From an uncultured Pseudomonadota bacterium (GTDB lineage: Bacteria; Pseudomonadota; Alphaproteobacteria; RF32; CAG-239): a stretch of DNA of 64,000 nucleotides. This document shows, one piece after another, positions 39,859 to 49,427 of this stretch (positions within the stretch are counted from its first letter, which is position 1; the number at the start of each line of letters is the position of its first letter). The notes under the pieces are model-generated. The model saw only the letters and a list, made by a program, of their open reading frames with translations. It was not told the DNA's origin and searched no databases. The stretch lies in contig CADAJN010000001.1 of assembly GCA_902788365.1 (NCBI GenBank), forward strand, positions 26,020-90,019. The letters are read 5' to 3'. A program made the translations under genes and the position numbers.

Positions 39859-40533
39859 TCAAGCTTTTTTTAACAGATCCGGTCGGCGTTGTTTGGTTAT
39901 TTGAAGAGCCTGTTCGCGTTGCCATTTGGCAATATTTTCGTGATGTCCGCTGAGCAAAATATCCGGCACTTTGCGACCTTTCCATTCTATCGGTCGCGTA
40001 TATTGCGGATATTCTAACAATCCGGTTTCAAAACTTTCGTTTTCGGTTGAAGCCGCATTGCCGAGAACCCCCGGTAACAAACGCACCACCGCGTCTAACA
40101 TAATCATTGCCGCCTGCTCGCCGCCGGTCAAAACATAATCGCCGATGCTGATTTCCTCAACATCATATTCCTCCAGAACCCGCTCGTCTATGCCTTCAAA
40201 ACGACCGCAAATCACGGTTAGTTCTTCAAGTTTGCTCAGCTCATGGGCTTTGGCTTGCGTTAATGGCCTACCTTTCGGACTCATATAAACGATTTTGCCG
40301 CTCTGATAATTATGCTCTATTGCACTGCCCAAAACATCGGGCCGCATAATCATTCCGGCACCGCCGCCGCAAGGAGTGTCATCTACCGAGCCATGCTTAT
40401 CAAAAGCATAATCACGAATATTAACCGTTTCTAATGTCCAAAGCCCATCTTTTAACGCACGTCCGGTCAGCGAATATCCCAGAAAACCGGGGAAAACTTC
40501 CGGAAAAATCGTTAAAATTTTGGCCTTAAACAT
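39859..40533 (-). CDS. trmD: tRNA (guanine37-N1)-methyltransferase
   Basis: Start placed at [16 protein letters not shown] (ORF extends to 40560). SPOUT knot motifs are present. Confidence 0.85.
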   Translation of the reverse strand: MFKAKILTIFPEVFPGFLGYSLTGRALKDGLWTLETVNIRDYAFDKHGSVDDTPCGGGAGMIMRPDVLGSAIEHNYQSGKIVYMSPKGRPLTQAKAHELSKLEELTVICGRFEGIDERVLEEYDVEEISIGDYVLTGGEQAAMIMLDAVVRLLPGVLGNAASTENESFETGLLEYPQYTRPIEWKGRKVPDILLSGHHENIAKWQREQALQITKQRRPDLLKKA

Positions 40534-41062
40534 GGACACCTTCCTCATCGTCAGCCGCAAAAATCATTGTTGCACTTGATACAATAATGTATCCTTCCTC
40601 AAGATTGATTTCCGGCACATAGGCTTTGGTAAACGGCAACATCTCGGTTTCACGTTTACCGTTTAGCTTCAGCTCAATGATTTCACCGGCGCCGAAATTG
40701 GCAAAACCGGCTACCGTGCCGATAACCTTTTGTGGCGTTTGAAGACAAACTTTCAAGCCGACAATATCGCCTTTGTAAAATTCATCTTCTGCCAGTTTAG
40801 GCATTTGCTCACGTGCCACATAAAATTCGGTGCCGATCAAACTTTCCGCCGTGTTGCGGTCGTCCACACCTTTGATTTTAACCCGCACATTGCTTGAGGA
40901 CATTCCTAAAACTTTAAGCTGAAACTGACGCGTGCCGTCTTTATTTTCTACCACCCCGAATTTATCCAAATCGGTCGGCTCAGCGGTTTGGCTCAAAACC
41001 TTAACCTCGCCTCTGATACCGTGTGCGGCAACAATTTTTCCGATGCACAAACGTTTTTTCAT
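40526..41062 (-). CDS. rimM: ribosome maturation factor RimM
   Basis: [17 protein letters not shown]-terminal motif plus PRC barrel. Sits in the rpsP-rimM-trmD-rplS order. Confidence 0.8.
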   Translation of the reverse strand: MKKRLCIGKIVAAHGIRGEVKVLSQTAEPTDLDKFGVVENKDGTRQFQLKVLGMSSSNVRVKIKGVDDRNTAESLIGTEFYVAREQMPKLAEDEFYKGDIVGLKVCLQTPQKVIGTVAGFANFGAGEIIELKLNGKRETEMLPFTKAYVPEINLEEGYIIVSSATMIFAADDEEGVHV

Positions 41063-41123
41063 TCTTAAAGCCTCTTATGATCTCAGACTCAAAATAACCA
41101 CTTAATTCTTACGTTACTGAAAA

Positions 41124-41528
41124 TTATTCAGCTTCAGAAGCGCTTTCGCTTGTTTCAGCATTTGCAGATGCAGCAGCTTCTGCCGCAGCGGCCGCTTTTG
41201 CTTCTCTTTCTTTCATTCTCTCTACAGCCTTTGCTTTCGGCGCAGATTTCTTCGGTTGTTCAACCATTTTCGGCGCAGCGCACAAACCTAAGTTTGCAAA
41301 CAATTTTTGCAATCTTTCAGTCGGTTGAGCACCTTTGGACAACCAAGCGCTGACTTTTTCCTTGTCTAACACCAGACGATTTTCATTGTCTTGCGGCAAC
41401 AACGGATTGTATGCGCCTAATTTTTCAATATATCTACCGTCACGCGGAGCTCTGGCGTCTGCCGCCACAATGTGATAATACGGACGTTTTTTAGAACCGC
41501 CGCGAGATAGTCTGATACGAACTGCCAT
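41124..41528 (-). CDS. rpsP: 30S ribosomal protein S16 with Ala-rich C-terminal extension
   Basis: [21 protein letters not shown] core plus an about 50-aa A/E/K-rich tail. Confidence 0.85.
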   Translation of the reverse strand: MAVRIRLSRGGSKKRPYYHIVAADARAPRDGRYIEKLGAYNPLLPQDNENRLVLDKEKVSAWLSKGAQPTERLQKLFANLGLCAAPKMVEQPKKSAPKAKAVERMKEREAKAAAAAEAAASANAETSESASEAE

Positions 41529-41561
41529 TTCATTTTCCTTTCAAAATTTAGTTATGATTTC

Positions 41562-42941
41562 CTAAAACGGAAATCGGTTTTTCATCCCGCCCATCGGCAA
41601 GCGAGAGAGCGGATTGTTAAACAATTTGGCCACCGACGCCAAGCCGCCGAATTTGCCCATTTTCTTCATCATTGTTGACATTTGCTCATACGATTTAAGC
41701 AAAATGTTAACATCGTGAACCGTTACACCGGCACCGGCCGCAATACGACGTTTGCGCGACGCTTTGATGATGTCCGGCGTTTGGCGCTCTTTCTTAGTCA
41801 TAGAAAGAATAATCGCTGCCTGACGCTTCATCATTTGATCGGCCATACCGTTTTCTTCTATTTGAGCTTTGAACTTGGAAAGCCCCGGCAACATGCCGAC
41901 AATACTGCCGACACTGCCTAACTTTTGCATTTGTTGCATTTGGCTGAGCATATCGTTTAAATCAAACGAGCCTTTCAGCATTTTGCCGGCCATTTGCTCC
42001 ATTTCGTTTTTATCCACGTTTTCCATCGCTTTTTCTACCAGCGATACCACATCACCTTGGTCTAAAATGCGGCCGGCAACGCGGTCGGCATGAAACTCCT
42101 CAAAGTCCTCTATCTTTTCGCCCGTGCCCAAAAATTTAATTGCCGCACCCGATACCATTTTCATGGACAATGCCGCACCGGCACGCGATGTGCCGTCCAT
42201 GCGAGTGAGCACCAAGCCGGTAATGCCGACTTTTTCGTTAAACTCTTTAGCAACGTTGCATGCTTCTTGTCCGATAAGAGCATCGGCCACCAGTAGTGTT
42301 TCCGTCGGGTTAGCCAGCTTTTTGACCTCAGCGGCTTCATTCATCAGCGCTTCATCAATTTGCAGGCGACCAGCCGTATCCAAAATCAGCAAATCATATA
42401 CACCGGTTTTGGCTTCTTTCAAAGCACGCTTAGTAATATCCAGCGGCTTTTGGCCGGCTATAATCGGTAATACATCAACGCCGATTTGTTTGCCGAGCTG
42501 AGCCAATTGCTCTTGCGCCGCCGGACGATAAACATCTAGCGAGGCAAGCAAAATGCGTTTGCTCTTTTTGAGCTTTTGCGCTAATTTGGCTGCCGTAGTG
42601 GTTTTACCCGAACCTTGCAGGCCGACCAACATCAAGCACACCGGTGCCGGCGCGTTAAAATTAAGCGCCGTATCATCACCGCCGAGCAGTTTAACCAGCT
42701 CGTCATGCACGATTTTGACCACCATCTGCCCCGGTTGAACCGATTTAACCACCTTTTCGCCCAGCGCTTCTGCCTTAACTTGAGCAATAAAATCTTTAAC
42801 CACCGAAAGCGACACATCGGCTTCTAAAAGTGCCACACGGATTTCGCGCATGGCATCATCAATGTCTTTTTCGCTCAACACGCCACGAGACGTAATTTTG
42901 GAAAAAGCTGCATTCAGCCGATTTGTTAAACTCTCAAACAT
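41562..42941 (-). CDS. ffh: signal recognition particle protein Ffh
   Basis: N domain, GLQGSGKTTT P-loop, DTAGR, and the Met-rich M domain. Confidence 0.9.
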   Translation of the reverse strand: MFESLTNRLNAAFSKITSRGVLSEKDIDDAMREIRVALLEADVSLSVVKDFIAQVKAEALGEKVVKSVQPGQMVVKIVHDELVKLLGGDDTALNFNAPAPVCLMLVGLQGSGKTTTAAKLAQKLKKSKRILLASLDVYRPAAQEQLAQLGKQIGVDVLPIIAGQKPLDITKRALKEAKTGVYDLLILDTAGRLQIDEALMNEAAEVKKLANPTETLLVADALIGQEACNVAKEFNEKVGITGLVLTRMDGTSRAGAALSMKMVSGAAIKFLGTGEKIEDFEEFHADRVAGRILDQGDVVSLVEKAMENVDKNEMEQMAGKMLKGSFDLNDMLSQMQQMQKLGSVGSIVGMLPGLSKFKAQIEENGMADQMMKRQAAIILSMTKKERQTPDIIKASRKRRIAAGAGVTVHDVNILLKSYEQMSTMMKKMGKFGGLASVAKLFNNPLSRLPMGGMKNRFPF

Positions 42942-43158
42942 TAAAGTTTTATTCCTTTATGCCGTTAATACAAACAAATTTACGTCAGTGTGCGAACCCT
43001 CGCTGACTGACGGAACTCCTTAGAGTCTGGTATTTTTACATCATTTTAACGTGGTAAAAATCCTCTAAATTCGCTCATTTTATACGTTAAAAAATCGCCA
43101 TTGTCAATAACTTTTTTAACCAAAAACTAACGCTTTTTTTATTATTTGTCGCTATTAT

Positions 43159-44955
43159 ATGTTAGCAATGGAGAAAAATATGAATTGGTGGCAGAAAATC
43201 AGCGGTTTGATTATGGTTTTAAGTTTGTGGCTCGGGGCAATTGCGCCGGCTTTGGCCGCCAATGTTAAAAGCACCGAAAATACTTCGGTTCATTTATACT
43301 CCGATGGCAAAAACGAGCTGATTGCCGCCGCGCACATCAAGGACGGTTGGCACATATACTGGCGTAATGCCGGAGAAATCGGCAAGCCAACCGTGATTAG
43401 CGCGTCTGACGGAGATGTGCAGGTTATCAATCAATCTACACCCAAAGTGCAACAGGTGTATGAAATTCTAAACGAATATTTATATACCGAAATTGCTTAC
43501 TTTGATATTTATGTGCCGCAACTTAAAGGCGGACGGTTGACTTTTTCGTTTACCGAGTGTAATGACATTTGCAAACCGGAACAGTTGACTTTTAATTTGA
43601 GCGAGTTGATGCCAAGCTCTCCGGAAGAATGGCAAACCGTTAAAGCCGCCGCCGAAGCGACTTTTCCGCAAAAAATTAAGCTAACCAGCCCGCTAGACGT
43701 CAATCGTGTGCGTTTTGAACTGCCTGATAAGGAAATTGTGCAATTTATTCCGGCGCAAAAAGATGTGCTTGATGCCGACAGCTTGCAAATTCGCCATAAG
43801 CGGCAAAAATTTGATATTGAATGGCAAACGCTTGACGCGCAAAAATTATCGCAAGCACTGTTGATTACGCCGGAACGCGCTTATTTTGCCGATATTGTTT
43901 ATACCGATATGCCGCAAAACGTGTTGTGGTATATTCTGTTGTTGGCGTTTTTGGGCGGCGTTATTTTGAACGCCATGCCATGCGTTTTTCCAATTTTGAG
44001 TTTGAAAATTTTTGCTCTGCTGAAATCAGCACGGCGGCGCGGACGCTGGCAGCGTGCCGGTGCTTATGTTTTGGGTGTTTGGTGTTCATTTATTTTGCTG
44101 ACCTTATTGCTGGTTTATTTCAAAAAGCAAGGCGAAGCCATCGGCTGGGGTTTTCAACTGCAATCGCCGTGGTTTGTCGGTATTATGGCGCTGATGTTTT
44201 TGCTGTTATTCTTTTTTATGGCAGAATGGCTGCGGTTTCCGAATTTTGCCGCGCAATATATTCACAAAGCCGCCAAAACCAACGCTTTTGCCACCGGCTT
44301 TTTTGCCGTTTTAATAGCCAGCCCATGCACCGGACCGTTTATGGGCGCCGCCGTCGGCTATGCCTTTATGCAAAGCAATGCGCAAATTTTTGCGGTGTTC
44401 ACGGCGTTGGCGCTCGGTTATGCGTTGCCGTATGCCTTAATTGAGTTATATCCGCAAACGCTGCGCAAAATTATGCCGCGACCGGGGCGTTGGATGCAAA
44501 AGCTCAAATATGCCTTATCGGTGCCGATTTTGCTGACATCTTTATGGCTGTTTTGGGTTTTTGGGGCACAAATTCATGCCGGTTTTCGGCAAAATGATGC
44601 AAATACATCTGCTTCGCCGTGGCGCGCTTATGATGCCGCGCAAATTCAGCAATTAGCGCAGAACGGCGAAAATATATTTATTGATTTTACGGCCGATTGG
44701 TGTTTGACATGCCAATTTAATGAAAAATTTTTGCTTAAAACCGATAAATTTGAACACTGGGCACAACAAAACAATGTGCATTTATTCAAAGCCGACATGA
44801 CCGAAGACAATGATGTTTACGATGCGGCGCTGGCGGCTTACGGTCGTGACGGCATTCCGGTTTATGTATATCATCACGCCGGTGCATATCAGATTTTACC
44901 GATTTTCTTTAACATAGATAATTTGAACGTTACGGCGCCGGCACAAAGCGAATAA
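43159..44955 (+). CDS. dsbD: thiol:disulfide interchange protein DsbD
   Basis: Periplasmic alpha domain with GWHIYW. Central TM domain with MPCVFPIL. C-terminal thioredoxin with DWCLTCQ. Confidence 0.8.
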   Translation: MLAMEKNMNWWQKISGLIMVLSLWLGAIAPALAANVKSTENTSVHLYSDGKNELIAAAHIKDGWHIYWRNAGEIGKPTVISASDGDVQVINQSTPKVQQVYEILNEYLYTEIAYFDIYVPQLKGGRLTFSFTECNDICKPEQLTFNLSELMPSSPEEWQTVKAAAEATFPQKIKLTSPLDVNRVRFELPDKEIVQFIPAQKDVLDADSLQIRHKRQKFDIEWQTLDAQKLSQALLITPERAYFADIVYTDMPQNVLWYILLLAFLGGVILNAMPCVFPILSLKIFALLKSARRRGRWQRAGAYVLGVWCSFILLTLLLVYFKKQGEAIGWGFQLQSPWFVGIMALMFLLLFFFMAEWLRFPNFAAQYIHKAAKTNAFATGFFAVLIASPCTGPFMGAAVGYAFMQSNAQIFAVFTALALGYALPYALIELYPQTLRKIMPRPGRWMQKLKYALSVPILLTSLWLFWVFGAQIHAGFRQNDANTSASPWRAYDAAQIQQLAQNGENIFIDFTADWCLTCQFNEKFLLKTDKFEHWAQQNNVHLFKADMTEDNDVYDAALAAYGRDGIPVYVYHHAGAYQILPIFFNIDNLNVTAPAQSE

Positions 44956-45277
44956 ATTTATCATAGCGATGTGCGTAATTGGTAAAATATTTTTCTGCCA
45001 CATCTTTCATAATGGCATTTTGATATTGTTCAATAAATTCAGCTTCCGGCGTAACATTAAGGCGGCTGTTTGCCGCATCATATTCCAACGTCAAGCCGAG
45101 CAATGCGGTTTGCAACGGCTCCGCTCTCATTTTTTCATAATCCGATGGCGCTATATCAAAGACAAAAGTGCTTTGCTGACCTTCGCTTTGATGATATGCC
45201 GCCGCCGTCATCAGGCGGATATATTCCTGCATTAAAATAGAAGAAAAAACTTCCAACTCGCCGTCTACTTTTTCCAT
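44930..45277 (-). CDS. hypothetical protein
   Basis: 115-aa ORF convergent with and overlapping the dsbD 3' end by 26 nt. Confidence 0.35.
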   Translation of the reverse strand: MEKVDGELEVFSSILMQEYIRLMTAAAYHQSEGQQSTFVFDIAPSDYEKMRAEPLQTALLGLTLEYDAANSRLNVTPEAEFIEQYQNAIMKDVAEKYFTNYAHRYDKFIRFVPAP

Positions 45278-45373
45278 TTTTTTACCTTATAAAAAATGTT
45301 TTGCCTCACTTTAGCAATCGGCAACAACATTGTCAAATCAAACTTTGTAAAATTGCATGTGATAGATGAAAAA

Positions 45374-45404
45374 AGAGGTTTATGCACTTAAAGCATAAAC
45401 CTCT
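45374..45404 (-). terminator. intrinsic terminator (bidirectional-looking)
   Basis: agaggtttatgc/gcataaacctct 12-bp stem with T runs on both sides. Confidence 0.55.
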
Positions 45405-45411
45405 TTTACTT

Positions 45412-45708
45412 TTAACGAGAAAAAAATTTGAAAGAGCGGAAATCGTTGAAGTTCAGCGTTGAACCGAAGAATGATCCGACAAATCCCAAAAAAGCACCGA
45501 TTTGCCACATGGAAAAGCCGGTAATTCCAAGCTGAGCCAAAATTCCCAAAACAGTAGAGCCGATGAACCAACCGATGATCCATCCGAACAAAGCACCGGC
45601 GATTGTTACAAAAATTTTAATCGCCACAAACCACAACAGCGGCCCCATCCAACTGGCAATCAAACCGATTAAGGCCGATAGCAAATCCCAAAAATCTCGC
45701 ATTCTCAT
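45412..45708 (-). CDS. small hydrophobic membrane protein
   Basis: 98 aa with three predicted TM helices rich in G/W/F. Confidence 0.4.
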   Translation of the reverse strand: MRMRDFWDLLSALIGLIASWMGPLLWFVAIKIFVTIAGALFGWIIGWFIGSTVLGILAQLGITGFSMWQIGAFLGFVGSFFGSTLNFNDFRSFKFFSR

Positions 45709-45848
45709 AATGATACAGAGTTTTAATTATACAAAAATAATAGAAAATTCAGTCGGATTATAAAAAAATTGTGCTTATTGTCAAGGAATTTAACTAAACA
45801 ATTTGCTTTTGTCTGGTTTTATGTTAACTTAGCACTAAAGGAGAGCTG

Positions 45849-47075
45849 ATGCAAATTTATATGGTGGGCGGTGCCGTGCGCGATATGGTTTTGGGGCAAA
45901 CCCCGCATGACAAAGATTTTGTGGTGGTCGGCGCAACGGCAGATGAAATGTTAGCGCGCGGTTTTGTGCAAGTGGGAAAGCACTTTCCGGTGTTTTTGCA
46001 TCCGGATACCAAAGAAGAATATGCTTTGGCGCGCAAGGAAATCAAAACCGGCGATAAACACACGGATTTTAAGTTTGTGTTCGGACCTGATGTGACGCTG
46101 GCCGAGGATTTGGAACGCCGCGACTTTACCTGCAACGCGCTGGTTTATGATATGGAAAGCGGCAAGGTTCAAGATTTGGTCGGCGGGTTGAATGATATCA
46201 AAAACCGCGTTTTACGACATGTGAACAGCCAGCATTTTGGCGAAGACCCGTTGCGTGTGCTCAGAATGTGTCGCTTTGCCGCTAAGCTGAATTTTGTGAT
46301 TGCGCCGCAAACGATGGCACTGGCGTGGCAAATGGTCGCCGCCGGTATGTTGCAACATTTATCGCCCGAGCGGATATGGCAAGAGTTTTATAAAGCTCTT
46401 GAAACACCGCATTTTGTGAAATTTATTGCCGCTATGCGCGAATGTGGGGCATGGCAAGCACTTTTACCCGAATTAGAGCAGCTATGGCACACACCGGAAC
46501 GCACCGATTTTCACCCCGAAGAAAACAGCGGCGCGCACACATTATTGGCCTTAGAACAAGCCGAAACTCTTGATGGTGTCAGCAAATTTGCCGTCTTAAT
46601 GCATGATATCGGCAAAATAGCAACGCCACCGGAGATTTTACCACGTCATATCGGACATGATGCGGCCGCTGCACCGATTATCAATCGCATTTGCAAACGC
46701 CTTAAGGTGCCGAACAAATACTGCGCCGCGGCACAAACGGCGGCCGCGCAGCATATGCGTTTTTATGCCGTGCCACAAATGCGCCATACAACGCTGCGCG
46801 ATTTTGTGGCCGACTTAAGCCGACAATTCCGTGATGATGAAAACTTAAAACGGCTGATTGCAGTTTGTCGTTGCGATTTATACGGACGTGCATTACCGCC
46901 GTCTGCCGAAAATATTGCCGACTATGAAAATGCGGTTGCACGTTGTCAAAAAGTTTATGCCAGATTATCACAGGTGCGTGCCGAAGATATGCCGCACTTT
47001 GCAAGCTTGCCGCGCGATGCGTCTTTTTTTGAGCACTGGCGGCAATATCAAATTAAGCTGATTGAAGATTTATAA
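45849..47075 (+). CDS. cca: CCA-adding tRNA nucleotidyltransferase (class II) with HD domain
   Basis: GGAVRD…DKDFVV head motif and HD domain (HD…MHDIGK). Confidence 0.8.
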   Translation: MQIYMVGGAVRDMVLGQTPHDKDFVVVGATADEMLARGFVQVGKHFPVFLHPDTKEEYALARKEIKTGDKHTDFKFVFGPDVTLAEDLERRDFTCNALVYDMESGKVQDLVGGLNDIKNRVLRHVNSQHFGEDPLRVLRMCRFAAKLNFVIAPQTMALAWQMVAAGMLQHLSPERIWQEFYKALETPHFVKFIAAMRECGAWQALLPELEQLWHTPERTDFHPEENSGAHTLLALEQAETLDGVSKFAVLMHDIGKIATPPEILPRHIGHDAAAAPIINRICKRLKVPNKYCAAAQTAAAQHMRFYAVPQMRHTTLRDFVADLSRQFRDDENLKRLIAVCRCDLYGRALPPSAENIADYENAVARCQKVYARLSQVRAEDMPHFASLPRDASFFEHWRQYQIKLIEDL

Positions 47076-47140
47076 AATTGGTTGACGCGTGCATCAGTTG
47101 CGTCTATGATAAGAGAAAATAACAATAAGCGAGGTGTATT

Positions 47141-47614
47141 ATGAGTTATATCAGCCGTTCTTTATCACAGGGAGAAGAAATTTTATTGCGGGCGCATTTG
47201 CATTGGTGTTGTTTTTTGGGGGAATGGATATTTACCTTAATGACCGCGGGTGTTGCCACTATTTTATTACTGCAATTTGAGCAGTTGCCGGTGCCGCAAC
47301 AATACGGCTTGACTGCGTTTTTGGCCTTAATGACATATTGGACGGTGCGCAAGTGGCTGGTTATTCTTTCCATTGATATGGTGATTACCAATCGGCGCGT
47401 GATTTATAAAGAAGGGCTGTTTGCCGTGACCACCGCCGAAATTTTAAATGCTAAGATTGAATCGGTGGCTATAGAACAAAGTGTGATGGGGCATATTTTA
47501 GGCTATGCCAACATTCATTTTTCCGGCACCGGCACAGCGCATGTAACCTATCGTTATGTGAAGCAGGCGGCGCGCATTAAAAGCGAGTTGGAATACATCA
47601 TCAGCCAAAGATAA
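47141..47614 (+). CDS. bacterial PH-domain (YdbT/DUF304-like) membrane protein
   Basis: Two N-terminal TM helices then an about 90-aa bPH-like module. Confidence 0.5.
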   Translation: MSYISRSLSQGEEILLRAHLHWCCFLGEWIFTLMTAGVATILLLQFEQLPVPQQYGLTAFLALMTYWTVRKWLVILSIDMVITNRRVIYKEGLFAVTTAEILNAKIESVAIEQSVMGHILGYANIHFSGTGTAHVTYRYVKQAARIKSELEYIISQR

Positions 47615-47734
47615 TTTATCATTAATATTTCTCAATTTAACGTTTATTTTCGGTATAATCGCATTTTGCCTCTTGCATTCGGTGCAAAAAAAATCTAAAT
47701 AACGGAAAAATGAATACAAAAACAGAGAACGAAA

Positions 47735-48868
47735 ATGGCAGATACGGAATATTATGATTTATTAGAGGTTGCGCCAAACGCTTCAGCCGATGAAATTAAG
47801 CACGCATTTAGAAAACAAGCAATGAAATATCATCCGGATCGCAATCCGGGTGATAAAGAAGCCGAGCAGAAATTTAAGCAGATTAATGAGGCTTATGAAG
47901 TTTTAAGCAACGAGCAAAAACGTGCCGCTTATGACCATTATGGCAAAGCTGGTGTAAACGGTATGGGCGGCGGCAATCCGTTTGGCGGCGGATTTGATTT
48001 TTCGGGCGGATTTGCCGATATTTTCAGCGATATTTTTTCCGATTTTATGGGGGGCGGCGCCGGTGGCGGCAAACAGAAAAATCGCGGTATGGATTTGCGC
48101 TACACTTTAAATATTTCATTGGAAAAAGCCTTTCACGGCAGTGAAGAAGAAATTACTTTTCCAACCATTAAAAATTGCGAAACCTGCCACGGACACGGCA
48201 CCAAAGACGGCAAAGAACCAGAAACTTGCCCGATGTGCCAAGGACGCGGCAAAGTGCGGCGGCAACAAGGCGGCTTTTTCGTGTTTGAAACAACCTGCCC
48301 GCAATGCCACGGCACAGGACATATTGTTAAAGACCCTTGTCCGGATTGCCACGGTAGCGGTCAGCAAAAAATTAACAAAACGCTCAAGGTTAAAATTAAA
48401 CCGGGGATTGACACCAACATGCGTATTCGCATTGCCGGTGAAGGAACAGACGGTGTGTTTGGCGGCGAAAGCGGTGATTTGTATGTTGATGTGGTGGTGG
48501 AACCGCATAAGCTTTATGAACGTCGTGATACAGATTTATATGCCGCAATTCCGGTTTCGGTTTGTTGCGCAACTTTGGGCGGAACGGTTGAAATTCCGGG
48601 TATTGACGGAAAGAAGGTGACCGTTGAAGTGCCGGCCGGCACACAAAATGATACGCTGCTGAAGATCAAAGGCGCCGGTATGCCGCTTTATGATACCGAA
48701 AAGCGCGGCGATTTGTATGTGGCGGTCAAAGTGATGATTCCGCGCCATTTGAACGCTAAGCAAAAAGAGGCTTTAGAGGCTTTTCGCGATGCCAGTCCGG
48801 AAGATGATAAATGCGGCGAACCGGAAATGAAAAGCTTTTTGGATAAAATCAAAGACTTGTTTAATTAA
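47735..48868 (+). CDS. dnaJ: chaperone DnaJ
   Basis: J domain (HPD), G/F region, and four CxxCxGxG zinc repeats. 377 aa. Confidence 0.9.
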   Translation: MADTEYYDLLEVAPNASADEIKHAFRKQAMKYHPDRNPGDKEAEQKFKQINEAYEVLSNEQKRAAYDHYGKAGVNGMGGGNPFGGGFDFSGGFADIFSDIFSDFMGGGAGGGKQKNRGMDLRYTLNISLEKAFHGSEEEITFPTIKNCETCHGHGTKDGKEPETCPMCQGRGKVRRQQGGFFVFETTCPQCHGTGHIVKDPCPDCHGSGQQKINKTLKVKIKPGIDTNMRIRIAGEGTDGVFGGESGDLYVDVVVEPHKLYERRDTDLYAAIPVSVCCATLGGTVEIPGIDGKKVTVEVPAGTQNDTLLKIKGAGMPLYDTEKRGDLYVAVKVMIPRHLNAKQKEALEAFRDASPEDDKCGEPEMKSFLDKIKDLFN

Positions 48869-48960
48869 ATTGCCGCACGATGTGCGGAGATGCTTACGTC
48901 GGCCTAAAGGCCTCCTCAGCATGACAGACAAGGCCGAGATTACCCGCCTGCGCGGGTAAT
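48869..48960. repeat. family-1 palindromic element (dispersed copy)
   Basis: ccgcacgatgtgcggagatgcttacgtcggcc…cctcctcagcatgacag resembles the 128-bp unit head. gccgagattacccg…cgggtaatgacagg inverted repeat resembles 57106-57163. Confidence 0.6.
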
Positions 48961-48977
48961 GACAGGTTATTTTTATT

Positions 48978-49213
48978 TAGACGAGGTGGTAAATTACGAC
49001 GAGGTTGTAAACCTCGGATAATGAGCTTAATACGCCATTGTTTTTAGACGACGTGTAGAAACTACTACACAAGGAAAAAAACACAAGTAAGCACCAGCTA
49101 GATGAGATTGTAAACCTCGGATAATGAGCTTAATACGCTGTTGTTTTTAGACGACGTGTAGAAACTACTACACGAGGAGAAAAACAACAAGTAGTAAGCC
49201 ATTAGACGAGGTT
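48978..49213. repeat. tandem array (about 2.3 copies) of a 104-bp repeat (family 2)
   Basis: Units 48997-49100 and 49101-49204 are near-identical (gattgtaaacctcggataatgagcttaatacgc…gacgacgtgtagaaactactacac…). Partial copies flank them. Confidence 0.7.
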
Positions 49214-49426
49214 TTAATAGTGAGGAGGTGGCGTTTCTTCACTCAAAGGCTTTACAATATCCTGCTCTTCCAAAAATTGTTTAAAATTTGCGCATTGCTG
49301 AGTCAAAATATCCAGCATTTTACCTTGTTTTACCGTCATTTCGCTCAGCTCATCTATCGCCTTTTGCTGATGCGCCAAAGCTATTTCTATTGCCGTTAAA
49401 CGCGCATCCAAATCACTATCCGTCAT
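49214..49426 (-). CDS. slyX: SlyX family protein
   Basis: MTDSDLDARLTAIEIALAHQQKAIDELSE… ending …ETPPPHY, matching the SlyX C-terminus. Confidence 0.75.
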   Translation of the reverse strand: MTDSDLDARLTAIEIALAHQQKAIDELSEMTVKQGKMLDILTQQCANFKQFLEEQDIVKPLSEETPPPHY

Positions 49427-49427
49427 T

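Noticed and set aside
40526-40560. Apparent 35-nt rimM/trmD overlap
   Set aside because: An internal ATG ([12 protein letters not shown], typical TrmD N-terminus) reduces it to an ordinary 8-nt overlap. This is a start-site choice, not biology.
42942-43158. Looked for SRP RNA (ffs) or another ncRNA in the ffh/dsbD divergent spacer (hairpin gtcag…ctgac at 42987-43010)
   Set aside because: No match to the conserved SRP domain IV (GGAA…AGCAG) motif. Most simply explained as divergent promoters.
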